This document shows positions 28,324 to 38,181 of a stretch of 64,000 nucleotides of DNA, piece by piece; position 1 is the stretch's first letter, and the number at the start of each line of letters is the position of its first letter. A program made the translations under genes and the position numbers. Below the pieces are notes generated by a model. The model was not told where the DNA came from, ran no database searches, and saw only the letters and a program-made list of their open reading frames with translations. Source of the stretch: Gemmatimonadota bacterium (GTDB taxonomy: Bacteria > Gemmatimonadota > Gemmatimonadetes > Palauibacterales > Palauibacteraceae); contig OZ220691.1 of the NCBI GenBank assembly GCA_965116475.1, positions 2,944,001 to 3,008,000 of the forward strand, read 5' to 3'.

Positions 28324-29733
28324 GTGACGGAACGCCGCGATCCGGCGCTGCTCCCGGCCTGCGAGCAGGCCCGCCGCATCCGCTCGGGCGAACTGAGCGC
28401 CGTCGACCTGCTCCGCGCCTGCCTGACCCGCGTCGAACGTCACAACGCCGAACTCAACGCCGTCGTCACCCTGAACCCCGCCGCGGAGGCCGAGGCGGCT
28501 GCGGTCGACGCCTCCTTCGGAGCCGGCGAGGATCCGGGACCCCTGGCCGGGCTCGTCGTCGGCATCAAGGACGTGACCGAGACGGCGGGCCTCCGCACGA
28601 CGTACGGCTCGCCGCTGTTCGCGGACCACGTGCCCGCCGGGGATGCGCTCGTCGTGCGGCGCCTGCGCCAGGCCGGCGCCGTAATTCTCGGGAAGACGAA
28701 TACGCCGGAGTTCGCGGCGGGCGGAAACACGTGGAACGAGGTGTTCGGCGTGACGCGGAACCCGTGGAATCCCAACCTCAGCGCCGGAGGGTCGACGGGC
28801 GGCGGCGCGGTCGCTCTGGCCACGGGGATGATCTCGCTCGCGCAGGGCACCGATCTCGGCGGCTCGCTGCGGATCCCCGCCTCCTTCTGTGGCATTGCGG
28901 GACTTCGCCCCACGCCCGGCCTCGTGCCGACGGTGCCGGCCGCCTACCTGTGGGATGACCTGCAGTCGACCGGTCTGATGGCGCGGGACCCGGAGGATGT
29001 CGCCTTCGGGCTCCGCGCGATCTCGGGACCCGATCCCGCTTCGCCGGTCTGCGCTCCCGAGCCGCGCTGGCCCGAAACCGGCGCCGCGGATCTCGCCGCC
29101 GGCCGCCTGGCCTGGTGCGGAGACGTCGCGCGCATCGGCATCGACGCCGGCGTGGAGGCGGCGTGCCGCGAGGCGCTGGCGGCGCTGCGGGCGGCGGGCG
29201 CGCGGGTCGACGAGGTGGACCTCGACCTCTCGTGGGCGTGGGACGCGTTCCTCGTCCTCCGCGGGCACTGGTTCGTGTCCCATTTCGAGGCGGAACTCCA
29301 CCGGGTCGACGCCTTCGGCCCCAACGTGTCCGCCAACCTTCGCTCCGGCCTGGCGCTGACGGCGGCCGAGATCGGGGCGGCCGAGAACGTTCGCCGCCGA
29401 GTCAGGGAAGCGCTTGTCGCCCTCCTCGAACGATACGACGCGCTCCTGACGCCCTGCATGGCGATCCCGCCCTTCGCGGCGGAGCAGAACTACCCGGAGA
29501 CGGTCGGGGGGCGGCCGATGAAGACGTACGTGGACTGGATCGCCCCCACCTTCCTGCTCTCGATGCCGGGGCTGCCCGTGGCCTGCGTCCCGGCCGGACT
29601 GGATGCCGCGGGACTGCCGGTCGGGCTGCAGATCGTCGGGCCCCCGAGCGGGGAGGGGCAGGCGCTCGCGATCGGCTCCGCCATCGGCACGGCATGGCCC
29701 ATCGGCCTTCCGCCCATGGTCGCCGACCACTGA
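28324..29733 (+). CDS. amidase-signature family amidase
   Basis: IKD, GKTNTPEF, GGSTGG, GTDLGGSLRIPASFCG, GLPVGLQ. Confidence 0.92.
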   Translation: MTERRDPALLPACEQARRIRSGELSAVDLLRACLTRVERHNAELNAVVTLNPAAEAEAAAVDASFGAGEDPGPLAGLVVGIKDVTETAGLRTTYGSPLFADHVPAGDALVVRRLRQAGAVILGKTNTPEFAAGGNTWNEVFGVTRNPWNPNLSAGGSTGGGAVALATGMISLAQGTDLGGSLRIPASFCGIAGLRPTPGLVPTVPAAYLWDDLQSTGLMARDPEDVAFGLRAISGPDPASPVCAPEPRWPETGAADLAAGRLAWCGDVARIGIDAGVEAACREALAALRAAGARVDEVDLDLSWAWDAFLVLRGHWFVSHFEAELHRVDAFGPNVSANLRSGLALTAAEIGAAENVRRRVREALVALLERYDALLTPCMAIPPFAAEQNYPETVGGRPMKTYVDWIAPTFLLSMPGLPVACVPAGLDAAGLPVGLQIVGPPSGEGQALAIGSAIGTAWPIGLPPMVADH

Positions 29734-29826
29734 AGCGGGTGGCGAGACGTTTCCGCGGGAACGTTCCACGCTAGATTCCGCGCTCGCGGCTGCCGCCGAC
29801 CAAACCCGAACCCCCGAGAGTCGATC

Positions 29827-31044
29827 ATGATGATGTCAAACGATGCTGCCGTCGCGGAGTTGTCGGGCGAGGCGCTCGACGCCTGCGTCCGCTTCCTCCA
29901 GCGGCTCATCCGCACGCAGTCGATGCCTGGCGAAGAGGGCGAACTGGCCACGCTCGTCGCCGCCGAGATGCGCGCGCTCGGCTACGACGAGGTCGAGCGT
30001 GACGCGGCGGGCAACGTCATCGGCCTCCTCCGTGGAAGCGGCGACGCTCCCTCGGTGATGTTCAACACCCATCTGGACCATGTGGACGCCGGGGATCCGG
30101 CGGACTGGCCCCATGACCCCTACGGCGGCGAAATCCACGATGGCCTGCTGTGGGGGCGCGGCGCGATCGACATCAAGGGACCGCTCGCGGCGCAGGTGCA
30201 CGGCATCGCCCGGCTCATCGCCGCCGGCCGCCGCCCCCCCGGCGATGTCTACGTGACGGGAACGGTGCAGGAGGAAGTCGGAGGACTCGGCGCCCGCTAC
30301 ATGGCGGAAACGCTGCGGCCCGATCTGGTCCTGATCGGCGAGCCCAGCCGGAACGAGGTCCGTCGCGGGCACCGGGGCCGGATCGAACTCCGCGTCCAGG
30401 TGCGGGGGAAGATGGCGCACGCCTCGATGACCGACATCGGCCGCAACCCGCTCACCGTGCTCGGCCGGTTCCTCGCGGCGCTGGAAGAGGTGGACCTCGC
30501 GCACGATCCCGATCTGGGCACCTGCTCGATCGCCCCGACGCTCATCGGGACGGACCAGACCAGCGGCAACGTCATCCCCGGCCTGGCGGAAGTCACACTC
30601 GACTGCCGCACCGTAACCGGGCAGGACGCGGCCTCGCTCAGGGAGCAACTTCTTCCGGTGCTGCGCGCGTGCGAGATGGAGGGATCGAGCAGCGACATCC
30701 TCATCCCGCAGCACGAGCGCTCCAGCTACGCGGGGTACGAGATGACGTATCCGGCCGACAACCCGGCGCTCTCGCTGCCCGCCGACCACGACGCGGTCCG
30801 CACGGCGGTCGAGGTCCTGGCCGGCCCGCTCGGGGCCGAGCCGCCGGTCGACATCTGGGACTTCGCGACCGATGGCGGACACTTCGGGCTCGCGGGCATG
30901 ACCGCGGTCGGCTTCGGGCCCGGAGACGACCGGCTGGCCCACACCGTCCACGAGCATATCGTGATCGACGAACTGGCGACGGGCATCCGCGGCAACGCGG
31001 CCCTCGCGTTCCACTGGCCCGCCCGCTACGCGCGAGCCGGCTGA
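29827..31044 (+). CDS. M20/ArgE-DapE family metallohydrolase
   Basis: THLDHVD, GRGAIDIKG, VQEE, IGEP, FATDG, AHTVHE. Confidence 0.88.
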   Translation: MMMSNDAAVAELSGEALDACVRFLQRLIRTQSMPGEEGELATLVAAEMRALGYDEVERDAAGNVIGLLRGSGDAPSVMFNTHLDHVDAGDPADWPHDPYGGEIHDGLLWGRGAIDIKGPLAAQVHGIARLIAAGRRPPGDVYVTGTVQEEVGGLGARYMAETLRPDLVLIGEPSRNEVRRGHRGRIELRVQVRGKMAHASMTDIGRNPLTVLGRFLAALEEVDLAHDPDLGTCSIAPTLIGTDQTSGNVIPGLAEVTLDCRTVTGQDAASLREQLLPVLRACEMEGSSSDILIPQHERSSYAGYEMTYPADNPALSLPADHDAVRTAVEVLAGPLGAEPPVDIWDFATDGGHFGLAGMTAVGFGPGDDRLAHTVHEHIVIDELATGIRGNAALAFHWPARYARAG

Positions 31045-31144
31045 AGCGCGCCGAAGCACCCCGGCGCCGACGGTCTGTGACCTGCGGCCGGCCGGGGGCG
31101 TCTGGTACCCGGGTAGAGAAGGGTCAACCAGGAGGAGGTTCGGA

Positions 31145-32200
31145 ATGAGACGGCGGACTATTGCGGGCGCGGCCCCGGGCCTGCGTGTCTTCGTGGCTTC
31201 GACGGTTTTCGCGGCGCTTCACGGCCTGTCGGGCGCGGGAGCGCTGGCGGGCCAGGAGTCGCACGCTTGCGAGGATCGCGCCGGACTCCGCGTCAACGTG
31301 CTGGACGCGACGGGACTGGTGCGAGTGAGCGGCGCCGATGTGCGGATTCGCTGGATCGACGTGGTCCGCAGTCCCGAGCGCAAGGGCGCGGGGGATGACG
31401 GCCGCCTGACGTTCTGCGCTCCGCGGGACGCGACGAAGGCGACCGTCTGGGCGGAGGCCCGGGATGGGTCGAGCGAGCAGGCGTCCGTCGAGTTGATCCC
31501 CGGTGAGACGAGCGCGGTGGAACTCCGGATCCTGGGGGAAGACAACCCTGGGCGCCTCGAGGGGCGAATCTTCGACATCGTAACGAAGGACCCCATCCCG
31601 ACGGCCGCCGTGACGGTGGACGGTCGCCCCGCCGCCGTCGAGACCGACCGCTGGGGACGGTACATCCTCACGGGCATCCCCGCGGGGGCCAAGGAATTCC
31701 AGGTCCGCCGCATGGGGTACGAACCCCTCGAGTACGTCGTCACGGTCAAGCCGGGACTCACCACTCAGGTGGACATCGGCCTCGTTCCGGATCCCGTCGA
31801 GATGGAGCCGCTCGTGGCCACGACCGTCCGGTCGAACAGGCTCGAGCGCAAGGGGTTCTACGAGCGGCAGTATTGGGGCGAGATGCTCGGCATGGGCGAT
31901 TTCCTCACGCCGGAGTACCTCGAGCGCTGGCGTCCGATGCGCATGAGCCAGTTGCTCGAGCAACACACGATGCTGCGTCCGCGACTCGTGAGCGGGGGCA
32001 GGACGCCCGGGACCTTCGGCGACTGCCTTCAGGTGTATCTCGACAACGTCAACGTGAACAATCTTGCGCGTTCGCTCAACTCAATCGTGCTCCCGAGCGA
32101 GGTGGCCGGCGTCGAGGTGTACCGCGCGCCCGCCGCGTTACCGACCGGGCTGATGCGGTTCCAGTCGAGGTGCAACCTCGTCCTGATCTGGACGCGGTAG
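31145..32200 (+). CDS. secreted protein with carboxypeptidase-regulatory-like domains and a TonB plug-like C-terminus
   Basis: Signal peptide, TDRWGRY...RRMGY, GFYER, VYLD...EVAGVEVY...LVLIWTR. Confidence 0.7.
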   Translation: MRRRTIAGAAPGLRVFVASTVFAALHGLSGAGALAGQESHACEDRAGLRVNVLDATGLVRVSGADVRIRWIDVVRSPERKGAGDDGRLTFCAPRDATKATVWAEARDGSSEQASVELIPGETSAVELRILGEDNPGRLEGRIFDIVTKDPIPTAAVTVDGRPAAVETDRWGRYILTGIPAGAKEFQVRRMGYEPLEYVVTVKPGLTTQVDIGLVPDPVEMEPLVATTVRSNRLERKGFYERQYWGEMLGMGDFLTPEYLERWRPMRMSQLLEQHTMLRPRLVSGGRTPGTFGDCLQVYLDNVNVNNLARSLNSIVLPSEVAGVEVYRAPAALPTGLMRFQSRCNLVLIWTR

Positions 32201-32224
32201 CCGGCCGGGCGGAACTGCTGGCTA
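32198..32224. terminator. stem-loop between convergent genes
   Basis: TAGCCGGC...GCTGGCTA inverted repeat; no U tract. Confidence 0.3.
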
Positions 32225-33712
32225 GCGGTCGATGAACTCGGCGACGTGTGCGGGGGCGAGGCGCGCAGTGTGGCGGGAGACCGCAATCATGACGATCACG
32301 TTCCCGACCATCCCGTAGATTCCCGGGTGGACGCCGGCGGTCGCGGCGGCTGAGACCAGGTCCAGCCGCAGCGCCAGATCGAGGAAGAACGCGATCGCGC
32401 CGCCCGTCACGAGACCCCACAGCGCCCCCGCGCGCGTCACTCCGCGCCACAGGAAGGTCACGACCGTCAGCGGGAAGAGTTGCGCGATGAAGCCGTAGCT
32501 GAGGAGCAGCAGCTCCACGAGGCTGAGTCCGGGGATCAGCGCGAGCCCGTAGCTGGCGGCGCCCACGAGGATCACCATGAGGCGAATCCAGCGCCGTTGC
32601 GCTGCGTCGTCCAGCGCGCCCGGGCGCAGGTTGCCCCAGAAGTCGCGCACGGCCACGGACCCCGCCGCGTGCAGGAGCGCGTCCCCCGTCGACATCGAGG
32701 CGGCGAGCGCCCCCGCGCAGAAGAGTCCCACGATGAGCGGCGGCAGCCCGATCTGGGCCGACGTCACGATGGTGGGCAGGATGGCGTCCGCCGGCTCGAC
32801 GCCGGGGAAGGCGAGCACGCCCGAGAAACCGATGAAGAGGATCGGGACGAGGAAGAGCGCGAAGGTCGGATAGTAGACGACCGTCCGCTTGAGCGTGTCC
32901 ACGTCGCGAGCCGTGTAAATCTTCATGAAATAGTGCGGCCACACGCTGAACCCGAAGGCGGAGATGGCGACCGAACTCGAATACGCGCCCCAGCTCCACG
33001 GCTGTCCGTCCGCGCCGAGTCCCGGCCCCCGCAGCATGTCCGGGAGCCCGGCGGCGATCGCGTCGAACATCGGACCCACGCCGCCGTGCAGCTTCGCCGG
33101 CAGGTAGAGGCCGAGCCCCCACGCGAGCACCATCATGAACATCCCCTGGAAGGTGTTCGTCCAGCCCACCCCCAGGACGCCGCTCCTGAAGACGTACACG
33201 AGCACGACCCCGTACGCGATCGCGGACCCGGCCCACTGCGGTACGCGCCCCTCCGTCACCACGTTGAAGACGTATCCCGCCCCCTTCATCTGAATCACCA
33301 GGTAGGGGACGAAGGCGAAGACGGAGAGGACCGCGAGGATGGCCGGGATCGCGCGGCTGTCGAACCGGTGCGCGAAGAGTTCCGCCTGCGTGACGTAGCC
33401 GAAGCGCCGGCCGAGCGCGGCGACGCGCGGACCGAAGAAGTACCAGGGGACGAGTCCGACGGACGCGTAGGCGAGGATGTAGAAGGCCGCCGCCCCGCGC
33501 GAATAGGCCCAGCCGGGCCCGCCAAGGAAGGCGAACGCGCTGAACACCGAGGCCCCCATGATGAAGTAGAGGACGAGGAAGTTCAGCGAGCGGTCGCCGG
33601 CGACGTAGCCCTCCGTGCTGTCGGAGGCGTGGCGGCCGGAGGCGAGCCCGATCGCGAGCGAGGCGAGCAGGTATCCGATCGTGACGAGGAAGACGATCAG
33701 CCAGGCCGGCAT
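32222..33712 (-). CDS. sodium:solute symporter family protein
   Basis: Many TM helices, YVAGDRS, FSAFAFLGGPGWAY, AASMSTGD. Confidence 0.9.
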   Translation of the reverse strand: MPAWLIVFLVTIGYLLASLAIGLASGRHASDSTEGYVAGDRSLNFLVLYFIMGASVFSAFAFLGGPGWAYSRGAAAFYILAYASVGLVPWYFFGPRVAALGRRFGYVTQAELFAHRFDSRAIPAILAVLSVFAFVPYLVIQMKGAGYVFNVVTEGRVPQWAGSAIAYGVVLVYVFRSGVLGVGWTNTFQGMFMMVLAWGLGLYLPAKLHGGVGPMFDAIAAGLPDMLRGPGLGADGQPWSWGAYSSSVAISAFGFSVWPHYFMKIYTARDVDTLKRTVVYYPTFALFLVPILFIGFSGVLAFPGVEPADAILPTIVTSAQIGLPPLIVGLFCAGALAASMSTGDALLHAAGSVAVRDFWGNLRPGALDDAAQRRWIRLMVILVGAASYGLALIPGLSLVELLLLSYGFIAQLFPLTVVTFLWRGVTRAGALWGLVTGGAIAFFLDLALRLDLVSAAATAGVHPGIYGMVGNVIVMIAVSRHTARLAPAHVAEFIDR

Positions 33713-33978
33713 CAGCCGCCCGCACCGTTCGGGTCGCCGTCGACCGTCTCCCGCTTCCGTTCCCACCGGTAGTACCCGAAGAGAACGAAGAACGAGAAGA
33801 GGAGCCCGACGACGACGTAGAAGAGCGAGAACGGCATCGCGAGCACGCGGGGTTCGATGGTGGCGAACCGCGGATAGATGGGCCACACGAGCGCCGCAAA
33901 CAGCAGCACGTAGAAGACCGCGATCGCGATGGCGACGGGGTGGCGGTCGGGAGGCGTGGCGCGGCGTGGCTCGTCCAT
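33712..33978 (-). CDS. small two-TM symporter accessory protein (DUF3311-like)
   Basis: Two hydrophobic helices with EPRVLAMPF; stop overlaps the symporter start. Confidence 0.75.
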   Translation of the reverse strand: MDEPRRATPPDRHPVAIAIAVFYVLLFAALVWPIYPRFATIEPRVLAMPFSLFYVVVGLLFSFFVLFGYYRWERKRETVDGDPNGAGG

Positions 33979-34060
33979 CGCCGCAAAAGGCCGGCTGTGT
34001 CGGACCCGGTCAAGGCTGAGGAACGGTTGAACGGCGGGGTCGATCGAGCGATCTTGCCGC

Positions 34061-35080
34061 ATGTTCGGCCTGAAACGAAGCCGCATGCGCTCGGCCGCCG
34101 CCTCCGGCCTGCTCGTCGCCTGCCACGCTCCGGCGTTTTCGGCGTGCGGCCCGGAAGGGGCTTCATCCGGCGCCGCCGAAGCCCCCGGCGACGGCGAGAC
34201 GTCCGTCGCGGATGCCGCGGCTGGAGGCGCCGATCTCTCCACCGGGACGCACGTTGTCCTGCTGGGGACGGGGACGCCCAATCCCGAACCGGAGGCATCG
34301 GGCGCCGCCACCGCGATCCTGGTGGACGGTCGCGCCTACATCGTGGACGCGGGCGTGGGCCTCGTGCGACGCGCCGCGGAGGCGGCCGATCGCTACGGCG
34401 CCGAGAGCCTCGGGGCGGCGCGGCTGGACATCGCCTTCCTCACCCATCTGCACAGCGACCACACGATCGGGCTGCCGGACCTGATCCACACGCCCTGGGT
34501 GGCCGAGCGGGAGGCGCCGCTGAAGCTGTTCGGCCCCGACGGGACGGTGGCGATGGCCGAGCACCTGACGGCCGCATGGGAGGCGGATATCGAGAACCGG
34601 CTCAGCGGTTCGCAGCCGGCGACGCCGGACGGGTGGCGCGTGGAGGCGGTCGACATCGACCCGGGAGTCATCTACGAAGACGACCGCGTCCGCGTGACCG
34701 CCTTCGCCGTCCCGCACACCGGCTGGTCGGAGGCGTACGGCTACCGGTTCGACGCTGCGGGGCGCTCGGTGGTCCTCTCCGGCGACACCGCGCCGACCGA
34801 GGCGATCGTCGAGATGTGCGGGGGGTGCGACGTGCTCGTGCACGAGGTGTACTCGGCGACGACGTTCCGCGACCGTCCGCCCGAATGGCAGTCGTATCAC
34901 GCCCAGGCCCACACGTCGACCGTCGAACTGGCGCGGCTTGCCGTGCGGGCACGCCCGGGGATCCTCGTCCTGCATCACCAGTTGGGCTGGGGAGCGACCC
35001 CTGAGGAGATGGTCGCGGAGATTCGCGCCGCCGGCTACGACGGACCGCTCGCATACGGCCGCGACCTGGACGTGTACTGA
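34061..35080 (+). CDS. exported MBL-fold hydrolase (RNase Z/arylsulfatase-like)
   Basis: LLGTGTP, THLHSDH, SGDT, LVHE, AHTS. Confidence 0.85.
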   Translation: MFGLKRSRMRSAAASGLLVACHAPAFSACGPEGASSGAAEAPGDGETSVADAAAGGADLSTGTHVVLLGTGTPNPEPEASGAATAILVDGRAYIVDAGVGLVRRAAEAADRYGAESLGAARLDIAFLTHLHSDHTIGLPDLIHTPWVAEREAPLKLFGPDGTVAMAEHLTAAWEADIENRLSGSQPATPDGWRVEAVDIDPGVIYEDDRVRVTAFAVPHTGWSEAYGYRFDAAGRSVVLSGDTAPTEAIVEMCGGCDVLVHEVYSATTFRDRPPEWQSYHAQAHTSTVELARLAVRARPGILVLHHQLGWGATPEEMVAEIRAAGYDGPLAYGRDLDVY

Positions 35081-35086
35081 ACCGGG

Positions 35087-36820
35087 ATGTATGCGGGTCG
35101 CACGATCCGGACCCACGCCTCCCGCGCGGCGCTTGCCTCGGCGCTCGCGATCATCGCGCTCCCGGCGCAGCCGGTCGCCGCGGACCCGGCCCAATCCCGC
35201 GAGCCTCCCGCATCTCCTGACGCCGCCTCGGCGATGAAGATGGCGCGCGACGCTCAGCGCGCATTCGAGCACGTCCGGCGCCGCAACTTCCCGCGCGGTC
35301 CCCTGGTCAATCCGACATGTGGCGAGGGGATCGGGCGCTTCTGCCTCGTCGAAGGGTGGGACGACGACGATTGGGATCCGGTCCCCGAGGAGCCGGAGGT
35401 CGTTGAGGAGCGGCTCGCCTTGATCGCGGTCCTCGACAGCGCGGCCCGGGTCATTCCCGGCGACGAGTGGCTCACGGGGCAGCGCGTCGCCTACCGGCTG
35501 GAGGCCGGCCGCGCCGGCGAAGCGCTCGCGCTGCTGGAAGCCTGCCGCGCGGCGAGTGCGTGGTGTGCCGGGCTGGCCGGCTTCGTCCTTCAGGAGAGTG
35601 GTCGCTACGGAGAGGCGGAGGCGGCCTTCGAGCGCGCGCTCGACCGCATGACCGACGAAGAGCGCTGCGGCTGGACCGAACTTGGGCCCGTACTCGACCG
35701 CCGGACGCGCGGCCGCTACGAGCGCTTCGTCTGCGGAAGCTCGCCGCGGCGTGCCGTGGAGCGCTCGTTCTGGCACCTTTCCGACCCGCTCTGGCTCGTG
35801 CCCGGCATGGAGCGGCGCTCCGAGCACCTCGCCCGCCGCGTCCGCGCCGCGCTCCAGGCCGACGCCGCGAGCCCGTGGGGGATGCGGTGGGGCGACGATC
35901 TCACCGAGATCACGCTGCGCTTCGGCTGGCCCGCCGGCTGGGAGCGGGCGCGCCGCCGGTTCGTCGGCTCGCGTACGGATGAGATTGTGTGGTCGCACCG
36001 CCTGCCGGGGGCGCAGCGGTTCACCGTGTTGCAGTTCGGGTCTGCGGACGACGGGCCGCTCTGGGACCTGGATGAGCCGGAGGGCCGCACGAGCTGGGCG
36101 CCGGCCTTCGGCAAAATCGCGCAACTTCCTCACCAGGTGGCCGGCTTCCGGCGGGACGGCCGTCGGCGGATGGTCGCGGCGTTCACGTGGCCCGACTCCC
36201 TGCCGTCGTGCGATCTCAAGAGCGGACTTTTCCTCGCCGACGCCCACGGCGTGACGGCCTCGCACACCGCGCGGGGCGGCGGGCCGCTGGCGGTCGCGGA
36301 GCCCCGGGGACTCGCCCCCGCGACGCTCGTCGGCGTCGAAGCGCGCTGCGAAGAGGGACCCGGGGCCGCCCGCGCGCGGATGCCCATCGCCACGGGCCAT
36401 CCGCGGCTGTCCGATATCCTCTTGCTGGACGCCGGCGGCGCCTCGCCCCCCACGCTGTCGGAGGCGCTGGTCCGCGCGCGGGGCGACCGCACCGCCCGGG
36501 CGGGCGAGACCCTGGCCGTCTACTGGGAGTGGTACGGCTCCCCGGATGCCGCCGGCGCCCTCCAGGTCACCCTGTCGCTGGCGCGGGAGGGGAAGGGGTT
36601 CTGGCGCCGTGCGCTCGAATGGAGCGGCCTCGCCAGCGACGACACCGAACGGGCCGGCATCCGCTGGCTCGAGGGGACGGCGAATCCCGCGGCCGAGGGC
36701 CGCACCGTCGAACTGCGCCTCCCCATGCTCGACGAGGGGCGGTATCGCCTCACGCTCAAGGTCGTTTCCGCGACGGACGGAGCGGCCGAGTCCAGCACCG
36801 ACATCGAAATCAAGGAGTAG
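35087..36820 (+). CDS. secreted hypothetical protein with a TPR-like segment
   Basis: Signal peptide, GRYGEAEAAFERAL, high-GC3 codon usage. Confidence 0.65.
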   Translation: MYAGRTIRTHASRAALASALAIIALPAQPVAADPAQSREPPASPDAASAMKMARDAQRAFEHVRRRNFPRGPLVNPTCGEGIGRFCLVEGWDDDDWDPVPEEPEVVEERLALIAVLDSAARVIPGDEWLTGQRVAYRLEAGRAGEALALLEACRAASAWCAGLAGFVLQESGRYGEAEAAFERALDRMTDEERCGWTELGPVLDRRTRGRYERFVCGSSPRRAVERSFWHLSDPLWLVPGMERRSEHLARRVRAALQADAASPWGMRWGDDLTEITLRFGWPAGWERARRRFVGSRTDEIVWSHRLPGAQRFTVLQFGSADDGPLWDLDEPEGRTSWAPAFGKIAQLPHQVAGFRRDGRRRMVAAFTWPDSLPSCDLKSGLFLADAHGVTASHTARGGGPLAVAEPRGLAPATLVGVEARCEEGPGAARARMPIATGHPRLSDILLLDAGGASPPTLSEALVRARGDRTARAGETLAVYWEWYGSPDAAGALQVTLSLAREGKGFWRRALEWSGLASDDTERAGIRWLEGTANPAAEGRTVELRLPMLDEGRYRLTLKVVSATDGAAESSTDIEIKE

Positions 36821-36827
36821 ACCCGTG

Positions 36828-37280
36828 ATGCATGCCAGGATCTTCCCGTCCGCCCCCCGCGGCTCCGTTCCCGCCGTCGTCGCCGTCATCGCCGTTCTCG
36901 CCGTCACCGTGACGGTCTCGGGGTGTGGCGAGGCCGGTGAACCGGCGGAACCGGTTGCCGAAGCTGCCACCACCGGGCGCACGCCTCAGTTCGAGAACGA
37001 GTACGTGCAGGTATGGAAGAGCGTGATCGCCCCGAACCAGCCGCTCGAGATGCACCGCCATGACAACCCCCGCGCCATCATCGCGCTCAAGGGCGGGACG
37101 CTCACCGTCGTCAGCGACGCCGGTGAACAGCGGGACATGACGTGGGAGACCGGCCGGGCCTACTGGCTCGACGCCGATCCTCCGGGAGAACTCCACGGAG
37201 ATGTGAACCAGGGGTCCGAGCCCGTCGAGGTCATCGTCGTGCAGTTGAAGGGGGTCGGCGGCGCCGCGGACACGCCGTGA
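36828..37280 (+). CDS. cupin-domain lipoprotein
   Basis: Lipobox VSG-C, FENEYVQV, MHRH, ELHGDVN. Confidence 0.75.
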   Translation: MHARIFPSAPRGSVPAVVAVIAVLAVTVTVSGCGEAGEPAEPVAEAATTGRTPQFENEYVQVWKSVIAPNQPLEMHRHDNPRAIIALKGGTLTVVSDAGEQRDMTWETGRAYWLDADPPGELHGDVNQGSEPVEVIVVQLKGVGGAADTP

Positions 37281-37356
37281 CGGACCTGCCCCCAACGTGC
37301 ATATTCCGCCCCCGCGCGACGACCGCATCGACTCGCAGCCGACACCGGAGGCCCCC

Positions 37357-38181
37357 ATGAACCACCGCCCCCAACTCCCGCGACGCCTCGGCCCCGTTCT
37401 GGCCCTTGCCCTCGCCGCAGCCGCGGGCTGCGCGCCCGACGGTTCATCTCCCGCGGCCTCGACCGCGGCGCTCGAGCCCGATCAGGTTCTCGCCGATTCG
37501 CTCCTTGGCGCCTGGGTCGAGGCCGCGGGCGGGATGGAAGCCTGGCATGACATCGAGTCGGCGCGCTACACGATCACCACCGTGTGGTACGACTCCACGG
37601 GCGGAATCCGCCGCATGCGCCCCCGTCGCGTGGAATACCGGAAGGTGGACGGCGTCGAGCAGACCCGGATCGAGCGCCCCGAAGCCGAGGGCCTCTACGT
37701 CCAGACCTTCACGGGCTCCGACATGTGGGCCACGCTCAACGAGCGGCTGCTGGAGCCGGGAATCCGGGCCTGGGACGAGTCCGAGTATGTGGGCCGGGAT
37801 GTGGTCTACTGGTTCGGGCTCCCGTACAAGCTCTACGACCCCGGCGTGAACCGGGGGGCCGGACCCCGGGACGAGGGAGGATACGAGGTGCGCATCACCT
37901 TCGGCGATGGCGTGGGACTCCAGTCCGGCGACCGCTACTTCTACTACTTCCTGGACGACGATCCCTGGCCCGAGCAGGTCCATTACATCTCGCAGGGGAG
38001 AGGAGAGGAGAGCCGGGCCCGCATGTACTGGGATGGGTACCGCACGGTAGGAGACTTCACGTACGTCGTCTCGCGGCTCTACCGGGACACGGAGATGAAC
38101 CCGACCCGCGAACTCCGCCATGATGACGTCGAACTGAACCCGGTGCTGTCGGATTCCATCTTCCGCCGGCCGGGTTCGTGA
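37357..38181 (+). CDS. hypothetical lipoprotein
   Basis: GGAGG RBS, lipobox AAG-C, AAGGMEAW, YWFGLPYKLYDPG. Confidence 0.7.
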   Translation: MNHRPQLPRRLGPVLALALAAAAGCAPDGSSPAASTAALEPDQVLADSLLGAWVEAAGGMEAWHDIESARYTITTVWYDSTGGIRRMRPRRVEYRKVDGVEQTRIERPEAEGLYVQTFTGSDMWATLNERLLEPGIRAWDESEYVGRDVVYWFGLPYKLYDPGVNRGAGPRDEGGYEVRITFGDGVGLQSGDRYFYYFLDDDPWPEQVHYISQGRGEESRARMYWDGYRTVGDFTYVVSRLYRDTEMNPTRELRHDDVELNPVLSDSIFRRPGS

